Below, in pieces: positions 41,339 through 42,371 of a stretch of DNA of 42,371 nucleotides; the first letter of the stretch is position 1, and each line of letters begins with the position of its first letter. This DNA is from a virus. The stretch spans positions 1 through 42,371 of the IMG/VR virus record IMGVR_UViG_3300017690_000001; one strand, 5' to 3'. Below the pieces are notes generated by a model. It searched no databases and was not told the origin of the DNA. It was given only the letters and a program-made list of their open reading frames with translations. The translations under genes and the position numbers were made by a program.

Positions 41339-41339
41339 T

Positions 41340-41927
41340 ATGGCAATGTTTTCCAAGTCTAAGGGATTGTTTGGCGCGCCGATGATGGGGGATCTTCGCG
41401 CTGCTCCGGCCGCGGGTCTGGTGCAGCAGGACGCTACCGTGCCGACGTACAAGAAGCCGTCTACGGGTCAGATGATCGCCGGTGTTATTGGCGACACGCT
41501 GGCGCAGTGGGGTGGTGGCAAGGGCACGTTCCTGCCGGGCCTACAGATGCGTCAACAGTACGCGTTGGAGGGGCAGCGTCAGCAGCAGGAACAGGCGGCT
41601 AAGTTCGCCGGGTTCAAGCAGGAATACGATTACAAGCTGGCGAATCCGGAAACGGGTAAGGACGACGCCTTCACGCAGACCCTCCGCAACGCTGGCATCG
41701 ACCCCACCAGCCCGCAGGCACGACAGCTCTACATGCAGCGCGCGCAAACCCTCGCCTCTCCCGCCCCGAATTTTGTGTCAGATGGTGCGGGCGGTGGCCG
41801 ATGGGTGCAGCCGCCAGCGCCGGGGATGGGCGGCATGGGCGCACCGCAAGCCCCCGTTGGCAAACTTACCCCTCTGAGCGGCGGAGGTGCGCCCCGCGGT
41901 GGGGCGCGTACCTTTCCAATCCGCTGA
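41340..41927 (+). CDS. Internal virion protein candidate (195 aa)
   Basis: ATG 1 nt after the upstream stop (MAMFSKSKGLFG...). Gly/Pro/Gln-rich. Confidence 0.6.
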   Translation: MAMFSKSKGLFGAPMMGDLRAAPAAGLVQQDATVPTYKKPSTGQMIAGVIGDTLAQWGGGKGTFLPGLQMRQQYALEGQRQQQEQAAKFAGFKQEYDYKLANPETGKDDAFTQTLRNAGIDPTSPQARQLYMQRAQTLASPAPNFVSDGAGGGRWVQPPAPGMGGMGAPQAPVGKLTPLSGGGAPRGGARTFPIR

Positions 41928-42276
41928 CATCCTGCCGCACCTCATTCAGCAGGAAAGCGGCGGGCGTGCCGGTGTGTCGGGTCCGCAGACGCAATACGGA
42001 CAAGCGCTGGGCTTGACGCAGGTTCTGCCCTCGACGGCGCAGGGGTTGGCCAAGCGCCTTGGTGTGCCGTACCGTGCTGACCTTATGTCCGGCACGTCGG
42101 AGGCGGCTAAGCAGTATCAGTCGGCTATCGGCCAAGCGTATCTGGACGAAGCGCTGGATAAGACCGGCAACGTCACGGACGCGCTAAAATACTACCATGG
42201 TGGCCCAAATCGTCGTATCTGGGGACCGAAGACGAACGCTTATGCAAACGGCATTCTTCGCCGCTTGGGGGTATAA
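41887..42276 (+). CDS. Lytic transglycosylase (SLT-domain) virion lysin
   Basis: LIQQESGGRAGVSGPQTQYGQALGLTQVLPSTA carries the E-S ... GLMQ-type SLT signature. The GTG start overlaps the upstream gene by 41 nt. Confidence 0.8.
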   Translation: MRPAVGRVPFQSADILPHLIQQESGGRAGVSGPQTQYGQALGLTQVLPSTAQGLAKRLGVPYRADLMSGTSEAAKQYQSAIGQAYLDEALDKTGNVTDALKYYHGGPNRRIWGPKTNAYANGILRRLGV

Positions 42277-42371
42277 TGGCACAGCAGCAGGCGCGAGACG
42301 AAGCAGGCAACATTTGGTACGTCGATGACGCCGGCAATCCCGTAGGGCTGGCGCAGGCGGCTCCGCAGGGC
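42249..42371. repeat. Terminal overlap copy 2 (identical to 1..123; contains the duplicated first 32 codons of the 847-aa gene from 42276)
   Basis: Base-for-base identity with 1..123. Confidence 0.95.

Overview
The window is one complete tailed dsDNA phage genome. It is GC-rich (about 60% by eye), which suggests an alphaproteobacterial host. Nt 1-123 are identical to nt 42249-42371, so the unique length is 42,248 bp and all genes of the element are visible.

There are four transcription blocks:
- (i) A long rightward block runs 21659 -> end/start junction -> 7920. It holds an HTH regulator, a DnaG-type primase fused to a RepA-like helicase, about 10 small genes, TerS/TerL, portal, scaffold, HK97-type capsid, adaptor and tail proteins, a tail fibre, a small GNAT-like protein, ejection proteins including an SLT lysin, a tailspike and a lysis cassette.
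- (ii) A leftward replication/recombination block runs 21573 -> 14745. It holds a Sak4-like ATPase, an SSB with a DDDVPF tip, a YqaJ-type exonuclease, an SF2 helicase and a VRR-NUC nuclease.
- (iii) A rightward island runs 12447 -> 14753, starting with a Cro/YdaS-like HTH gene.
- (iv) A leftward early operon runs 12341 -> 8012 and consists of about 14 unrecognisable small genes.

Almost all gene junctions overlap by 1-4 nt (ATGA, GTGA, TAATG), which I used to fix starts and to recover several ORFs under 60 aa that the ORF track misses. I found no tRNA, CRISPR array, integrase, repressor, DNA or RNA polymerase, reverse transcriptase, tail tube, sheath or tape measure. A podovirus-type virion is therefore an inference.

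The loci most worth a second look:
- An AATGAG(G) repeat cluster around a ~20-bp GC hairpin just after the primase-helicase gene (23962-24123).
- A pair of paralogous proteins, one fused to a visibly low-GC PD-(D/E)xK nuclease domain, just upstream of the terminase (25134-26529).
- An antisense, lower-GC HNH/AP2-like endonuclease gene inside the virion operon (35468-36046).
- A mini GNAT-like gene coupled between the tail fibre and the ejection proteins (40297-40674).
- A bidirectional switch region with repeated operators (12342-12454).
- A 25-bp perfect repeat that brackets a 130-bp mini-gene (8381-8535).
- The unrecognisable early-left operon (8012-12341).

All family assignments come from motif recognition by eye and need HMM or structure searches.
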